Made by a program: the position numbers and the translations under genes
From: Mobula hypostoma
Taxonomy: Eukaryota
Reading direction: 5' to 3'
Assembly (NCBI RefSeq): GCF_963921235.1
Contig: NC_086109.1
Coordinates: 3,970,001 to 4,034,000 of the forward strand
DNA: 64,000 bases
Shown here: one piece after another, positions 34,947 through 45,462 of the stretch
Position numbering within the stretch: the first letter of the stretch is position 1
How the letters are laid out: every line of letters starts with the position of its first letter
The notes under the pieces: generated by a model
Database searches by the model: none
What the model was told of the DNA's origin: nothing
Seen by the model: only the letters and a program-made list of their open reading frames with translations

Positions 34947-37900
34947 TTGGGGGGTGGGAATCAAATTAAAGAGGCTAGGCGTGAGGAGGTTAGTTCACAA
35001 CAGAGGGATGGGAACCAGTGCAGAGAGACAGAGGGGTGTAAAGTGAGCATAGAAGCAAAAAGTACAAAGGAGAAAAGTAAAAGTGGCAGGCCGACAAATC
35101 CAGGGCAAGCATTAAAAAGGGCTAAGAGAGTTGTAAAAGAGCGCCTGAAGGCTTTATGTGTCAATGCAAGGAGCATTCGTAATAAGGTGGATGAATTGAA
35201 AGTGCAGATTGTTATTAATGATTATGATATAGTTGGGATCACAGAGACATGGCTCCAGGGTGACCAGGGATGGGAGCTCAACGTTCAGGGATATTCAATA
35301 TTCAGGAGGGATAGACATGAAGGAAGGGGAGGTGGGGTGGTGTTGCTGGTTAAAAAAGAGATTAACGCAATAGAAAGGAAGGACATAAGCCGGGAAGATG
35401 TGGAATCGATATGGGTAGAGCTGCGTAACACTAAGGGGCAGAAGACGCTGGTGGGAGTTGTGTACAGGCCACCTAACAGTAGTAGTGAGGTCGGAGATGG
35501 TATTAAACAGGAAATTAGAAATGTGTGCAATAAAGGAACAGCAGTTATAATGGGTGACTTCAATCTACATGTAGACTGGGTGAACCAAATTGGTAAAGGT
35601 GCTGAGGAAGAGGATTTCTTGGAATGTATGCGGGATGGTTTTTTGAACCAACATGTCGAGGAACCAACTAGAGAGCAGGCTATTCTGGACTGGGTTTTGA
35701 GCAATGAGGAAGGGTTAATTAGCGATCTTGTCGTGAGAGGCCCCTTGGGTAAGAGTGACCATAATATGGTGGAATTCTTCATTAACATGGAGAGTGACAT
35801 AGTTAATTCAGAAACAAAGGTTCTGAACTTAAAGAGGGGTAACTTTGAAGGTATGAGACGTGAATTAGCTAAGATAGACTGGCAAATGACACTTAAAGGA
35901 TTGACGGTGGATATGCAATGGCAAGCATTTAAAGGTTGCATGGATGAACTACAACAATTGTTCATCCCAGTTTGGCAAAAGAATAAATCAAGGAAGGTAG
36001 TGCACCCGTGGCTGACAAGAGAAATTAGGGATAGTATCAATTCCAAAGAAGTAGCATACAAATTAGCCAGAGGAAGTGGCTCACCTGAGGACTGGGAGAA
36101 ATTCAGAGTTCAGCAGAGGAGGACAAAGGGCTTAATTAGGAAGGGGAAAAAAGATTATGAGAGAAAACTGGCAGAGAACATAAAAACGGACTGTAAAAGC
36201 TTTTATAGATATGTAAAAAGGAAAAGACTGATAAAGACAAATGTAGGTCCCCTGCAGACAGAAACAGGTGAATTGATTATGGGGAGCAAGGACATGGCAG
36301 ACCAATTGAATAATTACTTTGGTTCTGTCTTCACTAAGGAGGACATAAATAATCTTCCAGAAATAGTAAGGGACAGAGGGTCCAGTGAGATGGAGGAACT
36401 GAGTGAAATACATGTTAGTAGGGAAGTGGTGTTAGGTAAATTGAAGGGATTGAAGGCAGATAAATCCCCAGGGCCAGATGGTCTGCATCCCAGAGTGCTT
36501 AAGGAAGTAGCCCAAGAAATAGTGGATGCATTAGTGATAATTTTTCAAAACTCGTTAGATTCTGGACTAGTTCCTGAGGATTGGAGGGTGGCTAATGTAA
36601 CCCCACTTTTTAAAAAAGGAGGGAGAGAGAAACCGGGGAATTATAGGCCGGTTAGCCTAACGTCGGTGGTGGGGAAACTGCTGGAGTCAGTTATCAAGGA
36701 TGTGATAACAGCACATTTGGAAAGCGGTGAAATGATCGGACAAAGTCAGCATGGATTTGTGAAAGGAAAATCATGTCTGACGAATCTCATAGAATTTTTT
36801 GAGGATGTAACTAGTAGAGTGGATAGGGGAGAACCAGTGGATGTGGTATATTTGGATTTTCAAAAGGCTTTTGACAAGGTCCCACACAGGAGATTAGTGT
36901 GCAAACTTAAAGCACACGGTATTGGGGGTAAGGTATTGGTGTGGGTGGAGAATTGGTTCGCAGACAGGAAGCAAAGAGTGGGAATAAACGGGACCTTTTC
37001 AGAATGGCAGGCGGTGACTAGTGGGGTACCGCAAGGCTCAGTGCTGGGGCCCCAGTTGTTTACAATATATATTAATGACTTGGATGAGGGAATTAAATGC
37101 AGCATCTCCAAGTTTGCGGATGACACGAAGCTGGGTGGCAGTGTTAGCAGTGAGGAGGATGCTAAGAGGATGCAGGGTGACTTGGATAGGTTGGGTGAGT
37201 GGGCAAACTCATGGCAGATGCAATTTAATGTGGATAAATGTGAAGTTATCCACTTTGGTGGCAAAAATAGGAAAACAGATTATTATCTGAATGGTGGCCG
37301 ATTAGGAAAAGGGGAGGTGCAACGAGACCTGGGTGTCATTATACACCAGTCATTGAAAGTGGGCATGCAGGTACAGCAGGCGGTGAAAAAGGCGAACGGT
37401 ATGCTGGCATTTATAGCGAGAGGATTCGAGTACAGGAGCAGGGAGGTACTACTGCAGTTGTACAAGGCCTTGGTGAGACCACACCTGGAGTATTGTGTGC
37501 AGTTTTGGTCCCCCAATCTGAGGAAAGATATCCTTGCCATAGAGGGAGTACAAAGAAGGTTCACCAGATTGATTCCTGGGATGGCAGGTCTTTCATATGA
37601 AGAAAGACTGGATGAACTGGGCTTGTACTCGCTGGAATTTAGAAGATTGAGGGGGGATCTGATTGAAACGTATAAGATCCTAAAGGGATTGGACAGGCTA
37701 GATGCGGGAAGATTGTTCCCGATGTTGGGGAGGTCCAGAACGAGGGGTCACAGTTTGAGGATAGAGGGGAAGCCTTTTAGGACCGAGATTAGGAAAAACT
37801 TCTTCACACAGAGAGTGGTGAATCTGTGGAATTCTCTGCCACAGCAAACTGTTGAGGCCAGTTCATTGGCTATGTTTAAGAGGGAGTTAGATATGGCCCT

Positions 37901-37952
37901 TGTGGCTACAGGGGTCAGGGGGTATGGAGGGAAGGCTGGGGCGGGGTTCTGA
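34947..37952 (+). CDS. CR1 ORF2p: apurinic-type endonuclease plus reverse transcriptase (no AUG start; frame open from 34926)
   Basis: APE motifs VNARSIRNK, ITETWL, VYRPP, MGDFN, SDHN. RT motifs PGPDG, NYRPVSL, QHGF, YLDFQKAFDKV, GVPQGSVLGP, FADD, DLGV. No stop over about 1000 codons. Confidence 0.95.
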   Translation: MGGGNQIKEARREEVSSQQRDGNQCRETEGCKVSIEAKSTKEKSKSGRPTNPGQALKRAKRVVKERLKALCVNARSIRNKVDELKVQIVINDYDIVGITETWLQGDQGWELNVQGYSIFRRDRHEGRGGGVVLLVKKEINAIERKDISREDVESIWVELRNTKGQKTLVGVVYRPPNSSSEVGDGIKQEIRNVCNKGTAVIMGDFNLHVDWVNQIGKGAEEEDFLECMRDGFLNQHVEEPTREQAILDWVLSNEEGLISDLVVRGPLGKSDHNMVEFFINMESDIVNSETKVLNLKRGNFEGMRRELAKIDWQMTLKGLTVDMQWQAFKGCMDELQQLFIPVWQKNKSRKVVHPWLTREIRDSINSKEVAYKLARGSGSPEDWEKFRVQQRRTKGLIRKGKKDYERKLAENIKTDCKSFYRYVKRKRLIKTNVGPLQTETGELIMGSKDMADQLNNYFGSVFTKEDINNLPEIVRDRGSSEMEELSEIHVSREVVLGKLKGLKADKSPGPDGLHPRVLKEVAQEIVDALVIIFQNSLDSGLVPEDWRVANVTPLFKKGGREKPGNYRPVSLTSVVGKLLESVIKDVITAHLESGEMIGQSQHGFVKGKSCLTNLIEFFEDVTSRVDRGEPVDVVYLDFQKAFDKVPHRRLVCKLKAHGIGGKVLVWVENWFADRKQRVGINGTFSEWQAVTSGVPQGSVLGPQLFTIYINDLDEGIKCSISKFADDTKLGGSVSSEEDAKRMQGDLDRLGEWANSWQMQFNVDKCEVIHFGGKNRKTDYYLNGGRLGKGEVQRDLGVIIHQSLKVGMQVQQAVKKANGMLAFIARGFEYRSREVLLQLYKALVRPHLEYCVQFWSPNLRKDILAIEGVQRRFTRLIPGMAGLSYEERLDELGLYSLEFRRLRGDLIETYKILKGLDRLDAGRLFPMLGRSRTRGHSLRIEGKPFRTEIRKNFFTQRVVNLWNSLPQQTVEASSLAMFKRELDMALVATGVRGYGGKAGAGF

Positions 37953-37985
37953 GTTGGATGATCAGCCATGATCATAATAAATGGC

Positions 37986-38056
37986 GGTGCAGGCTCGAAG
38001 GGCCGAATGGCCTACTCCTGCACCTATTTTCTATGTTTCTATGTTTCTATGTTTCT
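37986..38056 (+). other. CR1 3'UTR recognition stem-loop and 8-nt tail repeat
   Basis: GGTGCAGG (37986-37993) pairs with CCTGCACC (38017-38024), enclosing GGCC-GAAT-GGCC, followed by TTTCTATG repeats. Confidence 0.85.
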
Positions 38057-39332
38057 ATCTCACCACATCATGGATATATCTCAGAGGAATTTAACATGTT
38101 TCAATTATTCACCTTATCTTCAGGCCCAGACTCCTGTTTAGATCAACAGTGTTGGAAATGGAGACCATTGAGAGCTTCATGTTTCCAGGAGTGAACATCA
38201 CCAACAGCCCTTCCTGGTCCAACAGTGACGATGTCATTGTCCACAAAGGTCAACAACACTTTCAGGAGGGTAAAGAAATTCAGCGTGTCCATGTTGGCCC
38301 TCAGGAATTTTTACTGAAAGCATTACATCTGGATGCATCACGGATTGAAATGGCAACTGCTCTGTCCGTGACCACATGACTCAGCTCAGCATGTCATGGA
38401 AACCGGCCTCCGTAGACACCGCGGCACACACAAAACGCCAGAGGAACTCAGCAGGCCAGCAACGTCAATGGAAAAAGAGTAAACAGTCAATGTTTTAGAT
38501 AGAGACCCTTCATCAGGACTGGGAAGAAAGGCAGGGTAAGAAGATGGGGGGAGAGGGGGGAATAAATACGAGGTGGTAGGTGATGGGTGAAACCAGGAGA
38601 GGGGGAGGGGTGAAGGAAGTTGATTGGTGAGAGAGATAAAGGGCTGGAGAAGGAGGAATCTGATAGAGGAGGACAGACGGCCATGGAAGGGGGAGCAGCA
38701 CCGGAGGGAGGTGATGGGCAGGAATGGGGAATGCCGAAGGAGAGGATAATATACTTCTGAAATGACTAAACAATCTGTCACTTACGTGATCTCCTGGGGG
38801 ACTCGGTGGACCAGAATCTCAAGAGCGCAGGTTCAGCCGGGGTGGTCATTGCTGGTGGTGAATGCTGCTTCAGGTCTGATGGTGGAATAAAACCTGTGTT
38901 CAGTCCCATTACTCTGCACTGATTAGAGTGTCAAAGGTTACAGAGAAGGCAGCAGGATAAGGTTAAGAGGGATAATAAGTCAGCCATGATAGAATGGGGT
39001 GGAGCAGAATTGATGGGCCGAATGGCCTACTTCTGCTCTTATGATTTGTGGTTCTGTTGTGTATTCAGTCATTGTTTTCGACTGTACTCTGTCAATGCAC
39101 CTCTGAAATGAATTGACCTGTGTGGAAGGTTCAATGGTTCAAATAGTTCAATTTAATATCAGAGAATGTATGAGATATACAGCCTGAAATCCTTACTCTT
39201 CACAGACATCCATGAAACAGAGAGAAAAAAGCAAAGGATGAATGACGGAAAAACATTAGCATCCCAAGCCCTCCCCTCCCCTCCCCCTTCCACGCACAAG
39301 CAGCAGCAAAGACATGAACACTCCTCCTCCCT

Positions 39333-39384
39333 CTCGAAGGGCCGAATGGCCTACTCCTGCACCTATTTTCTATGTTTCTATGTT
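39333..39384 (+). mobile_element. 52-nt ultra-truncated copy of the same CR1 3' end
   Basis: Identical (52/52) to 37994-38045. Confidence 0.9.
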
Positions 39385-41737
39385 ACTAGCTCCAGCAAAA
39401 TCATCACCCCCCCCAGCACTGACCATGCAAACAATAGCAGAGCCCCCAGAGACCACGATCTGGAGTCCTTCAAAAACTACAGTCTATCCCAACACTTCGA
39501 CATCTCCGACATGCTCTCTCTCACTAACAAGGGAATATTGCGAGAGGGGATGCCAAAAGCTCGCTGTTTCGACGTTACAATCTACAGCGTCACTTATTCG
39601 AGTTCCCCCCGACTTGGAGACAGCGGACAGAAAGCGAGTGAGAGATCGCTCAAGTGCACAGGCCCCCGACAGCTGTCTCGATGTTTCAATCTCCCGCGGC
39701 GACATCGGCCAGGGATCGGGTCATCCACAGGGCCACACCCCGAAGGTACACGTCCCCGTACGCGTCTTCCAAGCCACATCTGGAGATACCGAAGGGCAGG
39801 GCACATGGAGAGTTCTGAAGAGTGAGAACACACTGTCCGTGAAGAACACAGTTTGAACACAGCTGTAAATCACGTACTGCAACAGGATCCCAACCATCTT
39901 GAAAAGGAGAAAAAAAAGACGTGAGAACAGGAGATTTGAACAGTTTCGCAGACAGACTGGAAGATGTCACCCGGCTGTGCAAAAACATCTGTTGCTATCT
40001 TTATCTCCTCCCATGCCCAGTGATACACAAAACAAGTTTTTCCACTGCATCTGAGTACATATCAAAATAACATAGCAATTTACCAATTTAACAACTTAGA
40101 TACTCAATCTCTCCTCACAGGTAAATTACTTACCTGAGTTAAAGCTTTGTTAGTCACTCTCTAAAGTGAGTATGCTATTTCTTCAACATGGAGACCAATG
40201 CAATTCTCTGTATTCTGTGTATGAACTCTTTGGGATCTGATATAACTGCAGTAAGACAGATCTGTCCTCATTGTCTCTTCCTTCTTTGCATCAGGAGGCC
40301 ACAAGTAGAGGAGTTTGCTGGTGACTGCACAATGTTCAGTTTCATCCACATCTCCTCAGTGAATGTAACAGCCCACCCCTGCAGGCATCAGACCCTGGAC
40401 AGTGTTCAGGCACGGGCAGATCAGTGGCAATGATGTTTGTGACATTAAAGTCCATCATCAACAGAAGGTGTTGATCTTCAGAGGAATGATCATCACCTGG
40501 TCTCCCACTATCAACTTCCAAGATGAGGCCATCCTCAGGGTCGAGGAGCAATACCTTATATTTTATCTGGGTGACCTCCAACCTGATGGTATGAATATCA
40601 ATTTCTCCTCCCCCTCTTTTCTTCTTCTATTCCCCATTTTGGCCTGTTACCTCTTCTCAACTGCCTATCACTCCCCCCAGTCGCCTCCTCCTTCCCGTTC
40701 TCCTCTTGTCCACTCTCCTCTCTTATCAGATTCCTTCCTCTCCAGTCCTTTACCTTTCCCAACCAACTGACTTCATCTGTTACCTTCCAACTATTCTCCT
40801 TCCCCTCCCCTCACCTTTTTATTCTGGCACTTCCCCCTTCCTTCTCAGTGCTGGAGAAGAGTCTCGGGCCAAAATGTTGATTGGTTATTCATTTCCATGG
40901 ATGCTGCCTGACCCGAGTTCCTTCTGCATTTTGAGTGCGTTGCTCTGGATTTCCAGCATCTGCAGTCTTTCTCATGTTTATGATTTCCAACAGTGCCTTC
41001 TGTATTCAGGAACCAAACTGGACACACAATACCATAGCTGTAAGATCCGATAAAAGTTTTGGCATCCTACAAAAGTAATGATCCCATCCAAAACCCTTCC
41101 ATCAACCGCAAGACACGAGTCAGGCGAAAATTTCTCCACTTGCTGGATGAGCACAGTTAAAACGACTTTCAGAAAGTTTGGGTTGAGAACAAAAAATTCT
41201 ACAAAAACTCAGCAGGTCAGGTAGCATATATGGAGAAAGTAATGGGTAACATTTCATATTTGAGATGTTTCAGTGGAAGGGTTTTTATGAATCTCAAGAA
41301 GTTGGAAGCCATACAGGATTATGCAACTCTTTTAGTCAGCACCACATCCACTAGATCCTTCCTCTGACAACAGTGCACCAGAGCCTAAGGGAACCCTTCC
41401 TTCTGAATCCTACTGAGGGACTGAGGTATTCTGGGGCAAGGACTGCAGAAAGTTAGCTGGAAGAACCAGGTTTATTACATGTTGTGAAATTTGTTGTATT
41501 GTGGCTACAGTACAATGTAAGAACAAAATTACTATAAATTACAAAAGAAATAAATAGTGCAAAATAAAAAGAATGAAAAGATAATGTTCACGGGTTCATG
41601 GATTGTTCATAAATCTGATGGTGGAGGGAAAGAAGCTGTCCCTGAATCATTGAATGTGGGTTTTCAGGCTCCTGTATCCCTCCTCAGTGGTAGTAATGAG
41701 AAGGCATGTCCCAGATGATGAGGGTTACTGGTGATAA

Positions 41738-43013
41738 AATACTGTTGAAAAGTCTCAGACTTATATATATATATATACACACACACATACATGTAGCCCC
41801 CCTGGCTAGCCTCAGGGTCGCTCGGCTCGCTGTCGTCTAGGGAAACAGCCCTTGGCCCCGCCAGACTGGGTAATTAGTTTGTGTGGATGCTGTGTGATGT
41901 ACCTCACCCTGCCCAAATAACAGACAATACACCAGATACGATTAAATGATTTACAGTTTATAGATATTACTGGAACTATATAATTAATAGAGAATAAAAT
42001 ATAAAAGGAAAATAAAAGGTGCCACACTTATCAAAGTTCAATCTCTTCGTGCACAAACGGTTGGAGCTCAGGACCCTCCTACTTCACCCTGCAACCCCTC
42101 GGACCACCTCAACCGGCCGCCTGGGACCAACAACGGTGGTCGACCAGACGCTCCACCAGAGTCCATCTCCATCTCCTCTCCTCGCCGAACGCCCTCCTCG
42201 GGGTCCGACCCCGTTAGCGGATATCACAGCACCTGGTCTATCCTCTGTCTCTCTCTCCTGCCTTCTCCCCCAAAACCCTGCGCATACAATATCTTACAGA
42301 TACACCAAAAGCATAACAACTATCGCAATTGATTCATAACATCTTCTTATCGGTAACGTGGTTCAACAAACTGCTAGCGGGAGGGCTCTCTCAGCATTTA
42401 CATAAGAAAGAAGCATTCCCAAGTATAACATAGCAAAGAAGCCATTTTAATTAGCCTACACATAAAAAAAGAAACTCCTTACATACACAGCTAGGGTGCC
42501 TAAGACTTTTGCACGGTACTGTAGTAACTTTATGTAGTGCACTGTACTGCTGCCGCAAAAAAAATTTCATGAGATATGTATGAGTGATGATAAACCTGAT
42601 TCTGATAGGGGTCTCTATTGTGGACTGAGAGTGGGAAGGGGACAGGGAGAGGGGAATCATAGTTGGGAAAAGGGGAAAGGAGAGGGGAGGGAAGGGGCAG
42701 CACCAGAGAGACATTCTGTAATGATCAATAAACCAATTGTTTGCAAATCAAATGACTTTGCCCGATGTATCAGGGTTGGTTGTGTCTGCACCCTCATCAC
42801 CCCCCACCACCACCACCCCTGGTGCTCCTTCTCTGTCCCACTCCCTTCCCGCAGCGCTTCACCCTCGCCATTCCAACATCCTCCGCTCTCGCCAGGTTTA
42901 CAAACTTGCTCTCTGCTCCACGTTGACAAATACAGTACTGTGGAAAGTCTTAGGCACTCTAGCTATATATGCATATATGTACAGTATGTATCTGAGACTC
43001 TTGCACAGGACTG
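41738..43013. mobile_element. Tc1/mariner-type composite MITE: two palindromic arms flanking ~410 bp
   Basis: Inner ends AGCTAGGGTGCCTAAGACTTTTGCACGGTACTG and CAGTACTGTGGAAAGTCTTAGGCACTCTAGCT are inverted copies. The right arm (42933-43013) is TA-flanked. Confidence 0.6.
41792..42483. mobile_element. Solo LTR (692 bp), Gypsy/ERV-type
   Basis: TGTA...TACA termini. 4-bp TSD TACA at 41788-41791 and 42484-42487. CpG-rich, suggesting a young insertion. Confidence 0.75.
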
Positions 43014-44536
43014 TAGAAGCCACCTTCTTGAGCAACTGCCTCTCGAAGATGTCCTCGATGGTGGGGGGGGATAGGAACGCAACGTATTGGCTGTTATTGT
43101 AGAGAGCAGGATTTGAATAGTAGAGAGACATTGATGTAATTGTATAGCATGTTGGTGAGGCCACACCTGGAGTATTGTCCTCTCAATATTTAAGGAAGGA
43201 TTACATTGTGGGCCGAAGGGCCTGTAATGTGCCGTAGATATCTATGTTCTAGGTTCTAAGACACAAGAGTGGAAATTATAGGCCAGTTAGCCTAACCTCA
43301 GTGGCTGGGAAAGTTGGAGTCCATTATTAAGGACGAGGTTTCGGGGTGCTTGGAGACCAGTGATAACGAGAGTCAAAGTCAGTATGGATTCTGTAAAGGG
43401 AAATCTTGCCTGAGAAATCTGCTCGATATGCTGCCATGTAGGGGAAGTGCTGCCCTTGTCTGTAATCCCCTCTGGAGCGAAGAGTGAAACACCTCCTTAA
43501 TTCCTTGCTCTCCCGGGCAGTTGAACTTGGTGATTTATTATTAATATTTTCCACACTGACCTTCAGGATGTTCTGTTTGGAAGTCACGTGGATCTGCAGC
43601 AGAGGACGGTGTAATAATAAACACACAGACCTCACAATCGAACATAAGCTCTTGTTGACTCTTGTGAAATTGGTTTGCAATCACAGGCAGTCCCTGCAGT
43701 TTCCCTGTTACTCATCCCTCGTTCTTCCCATGAGAATATCAACCCCTACAGCCGTTCATCCGGATGCCAGACACGAATATACTGAGAGTATGGCCACATT
43801 GGATCACAGAAGGGTCACACTGTGTCACAGAGGGATCACAATGGGGCACTGAGGGACCAGACTGTGTCATAAAGGGGCCATATTAGGGTCACTAACTGGC
43901 TGCACTGGTTCAATGAGGTCACAATGGGTCCCATAGTAACCTCCCTGAATTAAATCAGATTGGACTGGCTGCCCATGGTGAGTGCAGGTTTGGTTCAGAT
44001 TGGCTGTGAAGAGTTTAGGTTTGTTTAGGATTGGCCAGTGTGAGCTCAGATTTGGCTTGGATTGGCTGTGGTGGGCTCAGGTTTGGCTCAGATTGACTGA
44101 GATTGGTTGAGGTTCGGATTGGCTGTGGTCGGCACAGAGTCGAAGACCAGAGGATATAGCCTCAGAAAAGAGGGACATCCTTTTAGAACAGAGATGAGGA
44201 GGAATTTCTTTAGTGAGAGAGTGGTGAATCATGGAATTCATTGCCACAGGCAGCTGTGCAAGTCAAGTCTTTATGTATGTATATTTAAGGTAGATGTAGA
44301 TAGTTTCTGATTGGTTAGGGCATGAAGGGGGTAAGGCAGGAGATTGGGGGTAAGGCAGGAGATTGGGGCTAAGAGAAAAACTGGATCATCCATGATGAAA
44401 TGGCGGAGCAGACCTGATGGGTCAAATGGCCTAATTCTGCTCCTATGAATTATGGTTTTATAGTCTTATGGTTCAGATTGGCTGTGGTGTGCTCAGGGTT
44501 ATTTTGGATGTTTGGGTTGGCTATGGTGGGTTCAGG

Positions 44537-45462
44537 CAACACACATCAAAGTTGCTGGTGAACGCAGCAGGCCAGGCAGCATCTCTAGGAAGAGGTACAG
44601 TCAACGTTTCGGGCCAGCACCCTTCGTCAGGACTAACTGAAAGAAGAGCTAGTAAGAGATTTGAAAGTGGGAGGGGGAGGGGGAGATCCAAAATGATAGG
44701 AGAAGACAGGAGGGGGAGGGTTGGAGCCAAGAGCTGGACAGGTGATTGGCAAAAGGGATATGAGAGGATCATGGGACAGGAGGCCCAGGGAGAAGGAAAA
44801 GGGGGAGGGGGGAAAAACCCAGAGGATGGGCAAGGGGTATAGTCAGAGGGACAGAGGGAGAAAAAGGAGAGAGAGAAGAAGAATGTGTGTATTTAAATAA
44901 ATAACGGATGGGGTATGAGGGGGAGGTGGGGCATTAGCAGAAGTTAGAGAAGTCAATGTTCATGCCACCAGGTTGGAGGCTACCCAGATGGAATGTAAGG
45001 TGTTGTTCCTCCAACCTGAGTGTGGCTTCATCTTTACAGTAGAGGAGGCCGTGGATAGACATGTCAGAATGGGAATGGGATGTGGAATTAAAATGTGTGA
45101 CCACTGGGAGATCCTGCTTCCTCTGGCGGACAGAGCGTAGATGTTCAGCAAAGCGGTCTCCCAGTCTGCGTCGGGTCTCGCCAATATATAAAAGGCCACA
45201 TCGGGAGCACCGGACACAGTATATCACCCCAGCCGACTCACAGGTAAAGTATCACCTCACCTGGAAGGACTGTCGGGGGCCCTGAATGCTGGTAAGGGAG
45301 GAAGTGTAAGGGCATGTGTAGCACTTGTTCCGCTTACAAGGATAAGTGCCGGAAGGGAGATCAGTGGGGAGGGTTGGGGGGGACGAATGAACAAGGGAGT
45401 CACGTAGGGAGTGATCCCTGCGGAAAGCGGGGGGGGGGGAGGGAAAGATGTGCTCCTCGTGT
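44537..45462 (-). mobile_element. Young Penelope-like 3' fragment with intact GIY-YIG endonuclease frame
   Basis: ORF 44934-45227 reads IYCVRCSRCGLLYIGETRRRLGDRFAEH...RLEEQHL...LQPGGMN; terminal repeat at 44537-44640. Confidence 0.9.
44599..44634 (-). ncRNA. Minimal hammerhead ribozyme motif, intact
   Basis: Minus strand reads AGTC-CTGACGA-AGGGTGCTGGCCC-GAAACGTT-GACT, with palindromic AACGTT at stem III. Confidence 0.7.

Larger units (their letters stand above)
33657..38056 (+). mobile_element. Apparently full-length, intact CR1-clade (HER1-like) LINE
   Basis: GC/CpG-rich 5'UTR, two uninterrupted ORFs, 3'UTR hairpin and (TTTCTATG)n tail. Flanked by ATCTC at 33652-33656 and 38057-38061 (5-bp target duplication, partly overlapping the tail repeat). 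Confidence 0.95.

Noticed and set aside
34939..34969. TAG-A-ATG stop/restart as the ORF2 initiation signal
   Set aside because: The ATG at 34943 is in the third frame and closes after 8 codons (TAA), so it cannot start ORF2.
35285..36061. 258-aa antisense ORF and other minus-strand ORFs within CR1
   Set aside because: Shadow frames of the LINE coding sequence with no recognisable domain.
39166..39856. 219-aa and 180-aa ORFs, and the 214-aa ORF at 54552-55196
   Set aside because: They run across junctions of unrelated repeats, so they are chance ORFs.
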